Positions 1 through 11,700 of a stretch of DNA of 64,000 nucleotides are shown piece by piece. Both the position numbers and the translations under genes were made by a program. The notes under the pieces were generated by a model. It searched no databases. It worked only from the letters and a program-made list of their open reading frames with translations, and was not told the DNA's origin. The DNA is taken from contig OZ037765.1 in the NCBI GenBank assembly GCA_964035545.1, positions 5,466,698 through 5,530,697 on the forward strand, written 5' to 3'. How positions within the stretch are numbered: the first letter of the stretch is position 1; the number at the start of each line of letters is the position of its first letter. Origin of the DNA: Bugula neritina. Its lineage: Eukaryota > Animalia > Bryozoa.

Positions 1-1489
1 AGAACATTACGCTTAGAAGATTAAAGAATGTTCTTTTGTAGATGTATATTTTTGGCAAAGAAGTTAATGAATTGTAATGGATCAATGAGCGTTTCATGTC
101 ACAAGATATATTTCCTTTAACTTTTCAACTGTTCAACAAATTTGGTGGTCTACTTCTAAAGTTTATGAAGCTTGTCTGTGAACAGTTGATTTGAATGTTT
201 CTAGTTAATTTATAAGAGTTGCTAGCGCGTGGCCCACAATTCAATTGGTGAGTAGTCACCTGTACCCATTATTGTTATGGACTATGCATTTTCATATATT
301 TTTTAATTTACATGCTCATATACTTCAAAACACTATTTTACATTACATTACATTACAAATGTTTTAAGCATTGAATAATATACCATTACGTTATCAATTT
401 GAAAACATTCAGCTGTGCTAAATGTAAAAGCAGCTGCAAGAATAATGTTGAAAAAGTTGATTAGAGTTAACACTAAGTTGTTGACTTGATTTATTGAAAT
501 ATTTTAAGAATGTCATATTTTAAATATTCTCACAACTTTATCATTTTGCTTATAAATAACTAATAAAATATTTTAGGCAGTGAATATAATATTTCCCAAT
601 AACAGTTTCAACAAACGTTTTCAGAAATACACTGACCTAACTCTATATGAAAAAATCTCACTATACTAGAAATTGGGAAACATAAACATTTAGTTAAAAG
701 AGTATATTGAATTATTGGTAAAGTTTAACGTTTCATAGATACTTTTTAGTAAAAACTACTTTGTTTATGGAAATTAAACGAGTTTCCGAGCCACCAGTGA
801 TCATAAATTATTTGAGTTACTTGTTGACAAGGCGAGCCTTTGAGTGCTCAGGATAAAATTAATAAATCATCAAATTCTGTTTTGAGGAACTTGCTAAACA
901 GCTATAGGTGAAGACATGGAGGCAAATCATCCTGGCATTAAATGCCTTAGACTCAACAACAGCCAGCTTCAAATGATACAAACAACAGAAAGTTTTTGCC
1001 TTTAACGCACTCCATAATAGACAGACATAGTTAGTCTGAGTATACACTGACTCTCTAGACCTCATAGCAGTATTAGAAACATGTTAACCAACTAGCACAG
1101 CTCTATCAAAGCCCATGCACTAAAATTACCAATGCAACGGTTTTATTAATGTAACATAAATTTTTGCCAATGTTTGCAAGTAAATTATGTTGTTACAACA
1201 TTTTATTGCTCATTTCCAATCATGCTGACTTTCATATTTGAATTTGTCGTTTTTTTAAAAGATTATTCAAAACTTCTTTAACAAAATTATATTGGAAATA
1301 ACAAATCCATAACCTGAATGAGATATTATATACACAGAAGCATTGCTCTATTGTTTTCTTAAAGTATATCTATGTGGCCACAGTGTGCATATGATCATGT
1401 TCTGTAATTAAAAAGTGCTTTGGAGTTATATCCTTATATAAACAGCCTCAAAAGGAATAAATGTATTGAATGGAATCATTATAACTTAC

Positions 1490-3857
1490 TCTTCGTCCTG
1501 CTTCATTATTTTGTCGATTGACCATAAATCGAAGATCTTCACCCTGTTCTATAGAATCGATAAATTGTTTCGAAAATCGATATCCAAACTTCACATTGTC
1601 GCTGCACCCTCCCCACTTCCAATCCTCGTCAGTCGGTTGTTCCAATCGGTAGTCACATGAACACGTGTGTATTCTCCCGGTGCTACAGGCAGTGGAAATA
1701 GCGTGCGCCACACCAGCCGACATTATCGAATAGATAAATGCGGTCTCCCTGCAACCTAAAACATTCAAGTTAGATGACTCTACCAAGTTATGCATAGTAA
1801 GTGTAAAATGCATATCCATGTATATAAATAATATCATAGTGAACAATCATTGCAAAACCATTAAATGAGTCAGACAAGCTTTTAAGTTATTCATTTCTGG
1901 TCCAAATGTTATTTAGTTCAGTTCTGTGAGTGTAACTCAATACACTGCTAGGATCTAATACCACAGAAAATTCCTTAAAATGTGATTAGTGTTGCTCAAA
2001 GGGAAAATGGAAATGAACAATCATGACTTAGATAGATTTTCATCACATGTTTCTATTCTGCTTTCTTATAGCTGTACATTGCAAAACCCGTTCAACATCA
2101 GTACATACAAACAGTCATAATTAATAACTGAAGAAAATACTTAAAGAGTAAACAAATAAAGTGATTTTCATATAAAAACATACTCATAGTAAAATGTAAA
2201 GCTAATCTAAAATAAAGAAAACTAACTCATGAATTGTTGTACTCAAAATAGCGAGGATCTTGATGTAATATTGTAAAAACATTTTAATGACAAGGGAAAA
2301 AGCTTATGCCCTACTTTCTCTAAAATTTATAAAACACATTTTACATTTAACTTAGCAACTGTTGTCTTTTTGTCTGTATTATCTCAACAATTAATCTATG
2401 TCGTTACTTGAAAGGTTGATTTATTTAATCAGCAGTTTTACCTACTGCTGACAACATTTTTTAGACAATTGCCAAGAAACAAATATCTTATTGCAATCCA
2501 TCTTTTTTGCTTTCAGTTGACCCAACTTACATATAACATACTGTATAAGTATAATTAAAGGTTATCGAATGCATTAGTTATATGTAAATGTAATGTATTA
2601 CATCATGAAGTTAAAAGTTAAGTATTCTAGTAATGAAGTTCGTTCACCACAATCTTGATTACAAAACGACAGGGTTAATGTAGCCTATAGTTAGCTTTAA
2701 CACCCTTAACTCATAAATTGTACAAAATAGCATTTTACAATTGCAACATGGGATACATCAATATAATTTAGACGTACAGTTGAGCATTTGGTGAATCAAA
2801 TCCGAATTTTCTGCATTGCAAACAATTAATTAATAAAAAAATTATGACTGGAACAACATTCTTCAGACTTTCACTACCTTTCATCTCATAGGAAATGACT
2901 GATGAGTGTAACTAATATGTAAATTAAGCAATTTTAATTGACCAATTAATATTTATTGCCAAAACTTTTCAATGTCACATTACAGCAAAGGACTGCAATA
3001 GCCTAAGATACTGGCCAAGAAGACATGGCAAAAAAAGCAAAAAAAGCCAAAAGTTCTTACCTATGTTGAGTATTCGTCCAAAAATTGATCCGCCGACATT
3101 TGATGGTTGAGTTGGACAATTCCACAGTCGCTTCTCGAACTGATGTTGACATTCCCGAATAGCGAGCAAAGCTCCATCTACTACTGCATATATCGACTGC
3201 GGATTTTTCTCGGCAAGTTTTCTTTGCTTTTTAGTCAAGTATTGCATTCTAGGCTGCAGTGAGGCACTGGAATCTTGCTTTTCGCTGTATGCATTTGACG
3301 GTGCAATTTGATTGGTATGTAAATACGACTCCGAAATGTCATAATCCTGTGCAAGTGTCCTACAATATTTGAAACAAAGCTTCTACATCAACTCTAACTG
3401 TTTTCTTTTTAATTAATTCAACTTTGTAATGATAATCATCAATCAAGTTGTGCTAACAAAGCTACATAAAATCATTAATCATTGTATTATTTGATGTATT
3501 TTTAATATAATTTAAAATGGACAGTAAGTTAGTGTAGATGTGAGTGTTAATATGGCTAATGACAGATTTATTAAAATTAACAACTAAGCACTAACAACAG
3601 GTTTGTTGAAAGAGAGAATAATGCACATTCAAGATCCTCATGTTTTCTTTCAAGTACTAGTGTTAATTAGAAAATTTAAATTTATTGCCACGTAAAATTG
3701 ACAAGCTCAAATAGAATTATCGCAGAGTAAATTTAATTAAAAGTATTAGAATAACATACCACCATCGTGTGCCCCTCAAATTATTTTTTCGTGCCGAGGA
3801 GAATTGCGATAAAAGAGCAAAACAAACCGAAATAAATACAAGATAGCTATACCACAT
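1490..3857 (-). CDS. Wnt1: Wnt1/wingless, partial (coding exons 3760-3857, 3061-3359, 1490-1755; last exon lies outside the window to the left)
   Basis: Exon 1 MWYSYLVFISVCFALLSQFSSARKNNLRGTRWW is a signal peptide followed by the Wnt1-type RWW, with a phase-2 intron. Exon 2 contains ECQHQFEKRLWNCPT and SIFGRILNIG. Exon 3 contains GCRETAFIYSIMSAGVAHAISTACSTG, CSCDY, WKWGGCSDN and DLRFMVNRQNNEAGRR. All introns are GT-AG with compatible phases. GCRETAF, WNCPT, CxCDY and DLRF are Wnt1-type. Confidence 0.92.
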
Positions 3858-4029
3858 TTTTCTTCCGAGATGCTAAGTTTTTAAGAAGGTGCTTTTCTGG
3901 CAATGAATATTATTCCAATGCCTTTGCAAGGTATAATTATCCAAAGAAATAGCATTCATAAAATCAAAATTACCTCAATAATACAACATCGTAAGCAATA
4001 AGATTCTTGTAGGGTCAGGTTACCACGTT

Positions 4030-4075
4030 CTATGGCCAATCATAGAGTCAGACGCTTAACATAGGTCCGCCCCCC
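4030..4075 (-). promoter_or_regulatory. Putative Wnt1 proximal promoter (CCAAT box plus GC box)
   Basis: CCAAT at 4036-4040 and CCGCCC (GGGCGG on the minus strand) at about 4067-4072, 180-215 bp upstream of the Wnt1 ATG in otherwise AT-rich DNA. Confidence 0.35.
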
Positions 4076-7000
4076 AAGCACACAACTCGTGCCAAAACAA
4101 AATACATTTCATAGAAAATGACTACAAATTCCATTGAGTTAAGATAAGTTGACTTAAGAACTAATACATAAAAGATACCGATTTTAATGAAGTGTAATAG
4201 AAACAATGATATTCACACATAGAGACAATGGTATAATAACTTGTATGCTAACACAACAGAAGTACCATGTCAAAAGAACAACTTCACTGAACACAAAACA
4301 TTTAGTATTTAGAGTATTGAATGACATAATTATTTTCTAGCCAAACCTGAACTTCTGGATGACGAATCGAGAGGAACAGCAAGTGGCAAAGTACGAGCTT
4401 CTTCTGCAGCAAATTATTCACAGCTCTCACAATTTAGAACTGATACAAATGGAAAATATTGTCATGTAATGAGGCTTTCATTGATTTAATTTAATGAAAA
4501 ACTTGACATTTACAAGCTGAGTTGATTAATTGGTTCTCCAATCACCATAATAGTTGAACACATCCTAATCTAGTGAGCATTGACTGCTAATTTATTCAGT
4601 AAACTTTCTTATTAACTTTGCACGAATGAAATATTTTCCCATCAATAATCTCCCAACAGTTGAGAAGTAAAGCCAAGATGAATGGATTAAAACAAATATT
4701 TGAAGAAAGCCTTATATAACAGATAAGGCCCATTGCTGTATCTCATAGTTTTATGCACTTTTACTTCAAATATTGTTGCTTTTTATTACCATTATAGCAA
4801 TAATGTTGCCTTTCTAATAAGCTTTATAATCAGGATTATTACCCCTTCCGGATTTTTAAATGTTTATACTATTAAATCATATAGCCCTATTATATGCAGC
4901 TAATGTTTGAACTTATTCAAGTTAGTGAGGTACATCGAGCACTAATATATATATATATTACACAACTAGGAGTGAAAACTATTACAGAATCTACTATTTT
5001 GCACCTACCTCAATTCTCATGCCAAACAAACTAGCTATCAATTACAGACCAACAAACTCTGCAAATGGTCACTGTGCAGTTGTATTGCTGGAGTAAATTA
5101 GGAGTCAAGTATTTTCTGATGGGCAAGATAATATTGTGAAATGATATATAAATCAGAATAAAGGTTATTGGGACATAATTAGTGAGCTGCTCAGTTTAGC
5201 ATTGCAATAAATACAGTAGTATAGTTTAATACAATTTGTCACTAACATAATTATAGATGCTAATATTATTAAGATATGAACCGTATCAGCATAATAACTG
5301 CATTTCAGAAAAGGAAATAAAATCAGATTAAAAATATTTCGTTATGCACCCGTGACCAAATATTTTCATTGCAAATTGTTTTTTTAGATTTTAAGTAATG
5401 GAGGCCTACAATAGAAGAAAGATCAAAAAACTTTAATTTTATGTTGGTAGACGCCACGCACAGGTATAATGTGTTTGTTGTGACACAGCGTGCAGACCAC
5501 ATACCACACAAACACCATCAGAGTAATATCTGGATAGATTTGCCATCAGAAGCTGGTGCAGTATTTTAACCTGATGTTTTTAATGTGTATAGCCATTAAT
5601 TAAAACAAAAACCAATGTTAGAAATTATAAGTCAAGATAGGGCGACAATATGGCTCTCACATTCCTGAATTCAATTAGCTAACACATGTCCACAGTTCTC
5701 GCCTCTCATAGCATCACAGATTGTAACATAGTAACCTGAACCTTGCATTAAAATCTTTGCAGATGTTACAACGGCCCAGATGGTAGAGTGTAGCTCCAGT
5801 ATGAATGCAGTTAGCAAAATACAAATTCAAACAGGCATTCGTTTGGAGATCTAAAAATAACTTAACCGATAAAGATCCTGCTAAATTATCATTACCTCTG
5901 CTAAATTTAGAGCCATGTGAGTCCTTGATTGATATAGCTAAACAGGCAGTGAAACACATATAATTAAATTCATTATTGAAGTGAAACAGTGTGTTGGCTC
6001 GTTGGTTGGAATTCTTTCAACACAATAAATAATAAAAAACAAACTTTTTCTTGTTAGAAAATAGAAAAATATAAATAAAGTTATCAAGATTTGCTGTTTC
6101 ACATAAGTTTTTAGCCTCTGTTCCATTAGAAGTTTTTTTGGTAATTAATGTCAACTGTATGTTTCATTTTGATATTCTTTTAAGACTCGTTTCAGCCCTC
6201 TTTTGCACTTTACAATCAGTTTTATTTTAGTCCTTTAATTTTGCATTTTCACAATTATTATGATTTTTACTCAAAGAACGTACATGTTAGCTGATTTTAA
6301 ACATAGTTTCTACAATTTTTCAGTAGCTTAAGTACAGCTGTTTATGCTGCAATTATAAAACTTTGCAAAATTAAACACCGTATGAGGTTTTTGGAAACAA
6401 AACTCGCAAAACCTTAAATGCACATAAGCTTCATATTAACAGTTTTTTCTTTACTTTAGCTGAACATTTTAGCTTGAAAGATACCTACGTTTTAAGTTTA
6501 ACTTTTCCATCAGTTTTTGTTCTCTTCAGAATTAGAATTTTTTTCAGTAAGCTATTTGAAGATCCTAATTTATCAGGCTTGCTGTCTTCAGTGAAGTTTA
6601 TTCTCGTTCAACTTGTTCATGTCATATTTCCCATAATTTTAACTAAAATACCTGTCCAGATCAAACAGGGCAGTAGCAGAATTTCACTGTTGCTATTTAT
6701 CAGAGAATGCTTCTAATTATTAACTTGTAGCTTTAAACTCAAGAACCTGTATAGCATGCTAATATTGTTTATGTGAAAGCTTATATTTACAATTTGCCTT
6801 AATTAAATTTCAATCTTACAATATATCATAGCATGCCTGTGTAAATATTGTTACATATAATGTCCGTTGCCTCTAAAACTATCTCATATTGTAGCAAATA
6901 GAATTGATTAGTAATAAATATTTTGTTTAAATATTGATATGTTGTAAAAGCCATTGATTAAAAGCATAAATATCACACTATTGTGCCAGTTTTTCAATAC

Positions 7001-8283
7001 TAATGCTATGAATTGCAGTGAAATTTAGCTCTTATATTCCTTGTCAGGTAGTTTAGCTTTTATATAACACAAGACATAAAGCTAACGAACATAATATGTA
7101 AGCAAATGAAATGCCTGATTTAAGATACACCACACAAGCGTTTTGGCATTAAATCATTTATATTAAATAAACATTCAGTCTATACTTGAATTTATTTAGT
7201 ATTTTCGTCCAAGCAACTATACTCTGAGTAGAAAATAAAGATCAACTTCAGATGACGCTTTTCTGAAAAGTTAAATTCTAAAACTTGATTAAAATAATTC
7301 CAATTTGGAAATTTATGAAAATATGATTCAGAAGTTAAAAGATATAGTATGCGCATATATTCTCAAAAAATAGATTTTTGTGAGACTAGAGAAACCCTCA
7401 AACCCTGTTAACTTTCAATTTTAAAAGCTACTAGATATCAATTAAACTTGAATTAATAACATCTGCAAAGCATTGATGGGTAATTAGTCATTTGAAAAGT
7501 GAGTTGTACCTCATCAACCCAATCACTGTATCATTATTATTCTTCAGAAAGGATAGGCTATCACTACAAATTCAAATACTTGGCAATTCAAGGGATCCAA
7601 CATGCTAGGCCCCCAAGGCTAGTCTATAAATTTATTTGCTGGGCGATGCATAAACTAATAAGATTACTAATAGATTTTGTATATCCTCTTGCAGCTGAAT
7701 TTTTCCTAGCATGGAAAAATCCTTACACTTCCTATATTAGACTGAGCTATGAATAACATTGCAAAGTAAATGGAACCAGTGGGTCTCCCCTTCTGGCAGT
7801 GCTAGTTGTGCTTGCACAAGGCAATGTAGTACTACATAGTATGTGATATGGACTGGAGAGTTAGGTGAAGAGCAATTGGCAAAGCTCTGTTAAAGCCATC
7901 ACCATGAATAGTGTTAGGTGTAGTTGGCAACTGGTGTATTATAATATGTCTATTGCTAGAACTCACACTCATAGCAACATATAAAAACCTGAAGCACTCG
8001 AAGGTCATAGTTAATCAAATTTATAGAGTTCCGGGTGTTAAAATTCCAATGTTGAAAAAGATTTTCAAATGCTAAAGAATTTTTGTGGACAATTTTTTTG
8101 AACGTAAACAATTAATTTGAGATGTTATCTTTCTGAGTGAAAACATGCTTCACTGGTATTTGTGTAAAGTGGGGATGCTTAGTCATTCAGAAGATCTGAT
8201 GTACTGATTCTAAGGGTGATAACATCAACAATTTAACAAATGGGCAATCAATCCCTGAAGTGAATATCAATTAAAGTCGGGAG

Positions 8284-8580
8284 ATTAAATATGAATTAAA
8301 ATACATGTAATCGATTTAAGTTACAAACTTTATTTTCATGCAAGCAGTCAAGATGTATACGGCAATTAGCATGACATTGAATATATGTATTTCAGTGAAT
8401 ATCCAGTAAAACCGGCTATAAATACCTTCAAAACTCAATCACAATGTACATATATCTTGGAAACGCAGTCCGGTGGAAAATTGGACATAAAATATTCAGT
8501 ATATAGTTAAGGAGATATAACTCTATTAATAAAATAAATTGATGAGTGAACAGCAAATCAACCAAACTATAAATTCTGAA
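8284..8580. repeat. About 300-bp segment of the SDHA 3' UTR region, duplicated at 12456-12755
   Basis: Direct alignment by eye, roughly 90% identity (e.g. gtacatatatcttggaaacgcagtccggtggaaaattggacataaaatattcagtatatagtt occurs in both). Contains a minus-strand AATAAA at 8329-8334. Confidence 0.9.
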
Positions 8581-8746
8581 GAGCAGTAATCTTAGAGTAG
8601 CAGCCATAGTGACATCAGCACATGGTAACAATCCTCAACCATCTGGAGACAAGAACAGAGAGCAAACATCTCTTGGCTACTAGATAGTGAATGGTGTTAG
8701 GAGGGTTGAGGCATTCAACATACAGTCTAGTCTGAAGAGCAGTAAG

Positions 8747-11700
8747 CTAGTAGACTCTGAGCTTTGGAGGCACCATCTCTACATCATCATCCAGTGTGGA
8801 ATCTATCACCGGTCTGTATGATAGGCTGACCTGTGAAACACACAAACAGTTCCAGCAGCCATACAACAAGTTACGTAGGTACAGAAAACAGACAACGCCA
8901 TTGCTAGGAGTTTTTCTACTAGTTCTGTGCTACAGCCTATCCATAAAAAAGACTAAACTTGAAAAACTTTTATGGAAGTCCAAATATGGCAATTTAGCAG
9001 CAGTAGCATAAGAGTACATAATATTTGTATTGATATGAACAACAAATATTGCAAAAAACAATTTTGCTATGTGTTGAAAACAATAAAAAACATATTTAAA
9101 ACTTGCGATTAATAATCCACAAGACTACAGCAGTAATCATGAAGGTAATTAGTAAACTGAGAGAGCCTAGGGGCTATGGGCAACAAACATAGAGATATTA
9201 TGATGAATGGCTGATAGAAATACAAGAGCCCATAATAACAAGGCAGGAAGTTCAAGCATTCTGTGGGGGTTGAAGTTGAACAGCCAGCCAGCAATAAAAA
9301 TCAACAGACTGGCAAGTATTCCACAAAAATGTAACACCTAGCACAAACCTCCATGTGTGATTCAAGGAAAAAAATTCTCCATAAGACAAAGTAAAATTTA
9401 TGAACAAATCACCAAAGTAAAAATTTGAATGCCAAAGACAACATGCGTCAACATAAATCGTTGGGCAACCTGTTGAATTGACCTAAATCATTATGGCTCT
9501 ATGATCCTAGCCGGCATGCCTTTAGATGTCTATACTTGAAAGTTCTGGTATGATTCGGACACGACCTATGTCACCATATTCATCATACATAATGTGAGGA
9601 TAAAGTAGAAGCGAGACTTAAAGACCATAATTTTGATAGATATATATCAAGATATAAATAAACCTGTTCATTGTTTATGATAGGTTTGAGTGCATGAACA
9701 GTGGCGGAGTGAAAGGCATGCAGAAATAAAGGAATAAATTATACATATTATTGTAGCACTTTGCAGAGCTATCTAGAAACGCTGGGGTCAAAGACACTGC
9801 CATGATAATCACTGCGGGGAAACACCTTTTTAGCGACAAAGGTTCATCTTACGTAAGGATTCAGCCTTGAAACTGCATGTACTCAATAAAGATGATTGAA
9901 ATAAGGGCACAGGGCTGTTCTTGGTGCATATTTTATAGATGCTAAACATATTAAACCATGTTTTATGGGTGCAGCCAATTTTAAATTTAAATATTTAAAT
10001 TGATTTTAAATTCTTTATCTAGCATAAAGAGTTGATAACCAACAAAAAATGGAAAGTGAAATTGTTAAGGAAATACTTCCATTGCCACTATTTACCTGCT
10101 GAATTATTGCTGAAAAATAGCTGCTTAACTTAATCTAGGAGCGTGTATTACAATGCTACAATATTTCATACAGTTATATACTTTTGCCATTAGCTGAAAC
10201 TGAGTTGATACTAATACCAGCAAAAACAAATAGAGCGAAAGAATGAAAACAAACTATATAGCTTTTTTTAAATTTACATAATTGAAAGTAGAAAGGATTT
10301 TACCGCAGCCTCGACTTAGCCTTGGATTCTACTTTCCTATCGCAGCCAAGGCCAGACAGAGTATAAACTAACACAGAAAACTGCTGTTAAATGTTGGGAA
10401 TTATTTACTGCGACACTAGTGTAGCTGTATGTAAAACAGTTTATAGACCAGGCGCAAAATAAAATTTCAAATTTTACAAACAATCTTACGATAATGCTGC
10501 AGCTATGCCATCGCCTGTCCCAGAATAGATCAGATAAAAAGATGTATGGCAGCGTATATAACAGAAATATTCAACTGTGCTGACAATACTTTTGATAGAA
10601 AACAGCTGAACTCTTGAAATAGTAATAGAATAGGAGAATGGAGGAGTAGGTCCTACCATAGGCTTTACTATGTTGACATGAGAAGAAGCTGAAATGCAAA
10701 TGGCAACCAGCTAAAGTCTAATAAAATATGACTGGAATTCAAAATTTTGTTGTTTTGTTGTTTTGAGTAAACAGTAACAGGCAATTACTAGCTAATGCTA
10801 AACCAATTTTTCTGCTGATGCAACCAGTTTGTACACCAAACTGCACATACAAACCCCTTGTACATACATTGTAGGATTATGTGAAGAGAAACATCACACA
10901 ACACATTAGACATCCAACACAAGCTCCATGTAGTAGCAACATTATTCTTCCATTAAAGGTCTTCCATTAGAAAACCTGGGAGTTGCTGATTCTGACCAAC
11001 ATAATAGAAACTTGTTCAGTTACAAGAAAGTTTGAAATACACCAAATCCAACCAACACAGTGTTTTGTACTGCCAACATATTTTCTACAGTGCATGAAGA
11101 CAAAAAAAAATGTTGAAAAAAATTATCATTCCAGTATATCTGTCCTTAAACAATGCCTTGAATAATAGAAAATTAATTACAATAATAAAGTGACGGCTTT
11201 TCCCTACCATACCATGTCTGATTCACATATGCATAGTACACTTAGAGAACATCAAACTATCCAGTGAGACGTACTGGGTGAACAAGAACTCAAAAAGGTA
11301 AATTAGAAATCACCAGACAAGAATGACCTGCTATGAACTCTTACAGAATAACCACTCAGCCGCCAACAGTGGCCAGGGTTGGGCGAGTTTCACCACCCAC
11401 CACCATTCCTCCCTGAATAGATTCTATGTCAACTCTATGTCATACTTTACATCACACCTGAATTCAAGGACAGGTTAGCCACCCAGTGGGTGAATCAGTA
11501 GTGCCTACTTTCAGTATATGCAGGGAATATCAGCAGATTACACCTACTCTCAGCACACACACAGGGAATATCAACAGAACACAGCACCAGGTATAGGCTG
11601 GACAAGAAGTTAATTAGGAAGAGATAATATGGAGAAAGTTTGCAGAAATGATTTCCTATTAGCTCATAAAAGTATAGCAATAGCAAAACACCTTTCTTCT

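Noticed and set aside
11495-11686. 63-aa ORF and a roughly 41-bp tandem duplication in the last SDHA intron, as an alternative last exon or nested gene
   Set aside because: No similarity to the SDHA C-terminus (found at 8747-8830) and no recognisable domain; only a two-copy local duplication.
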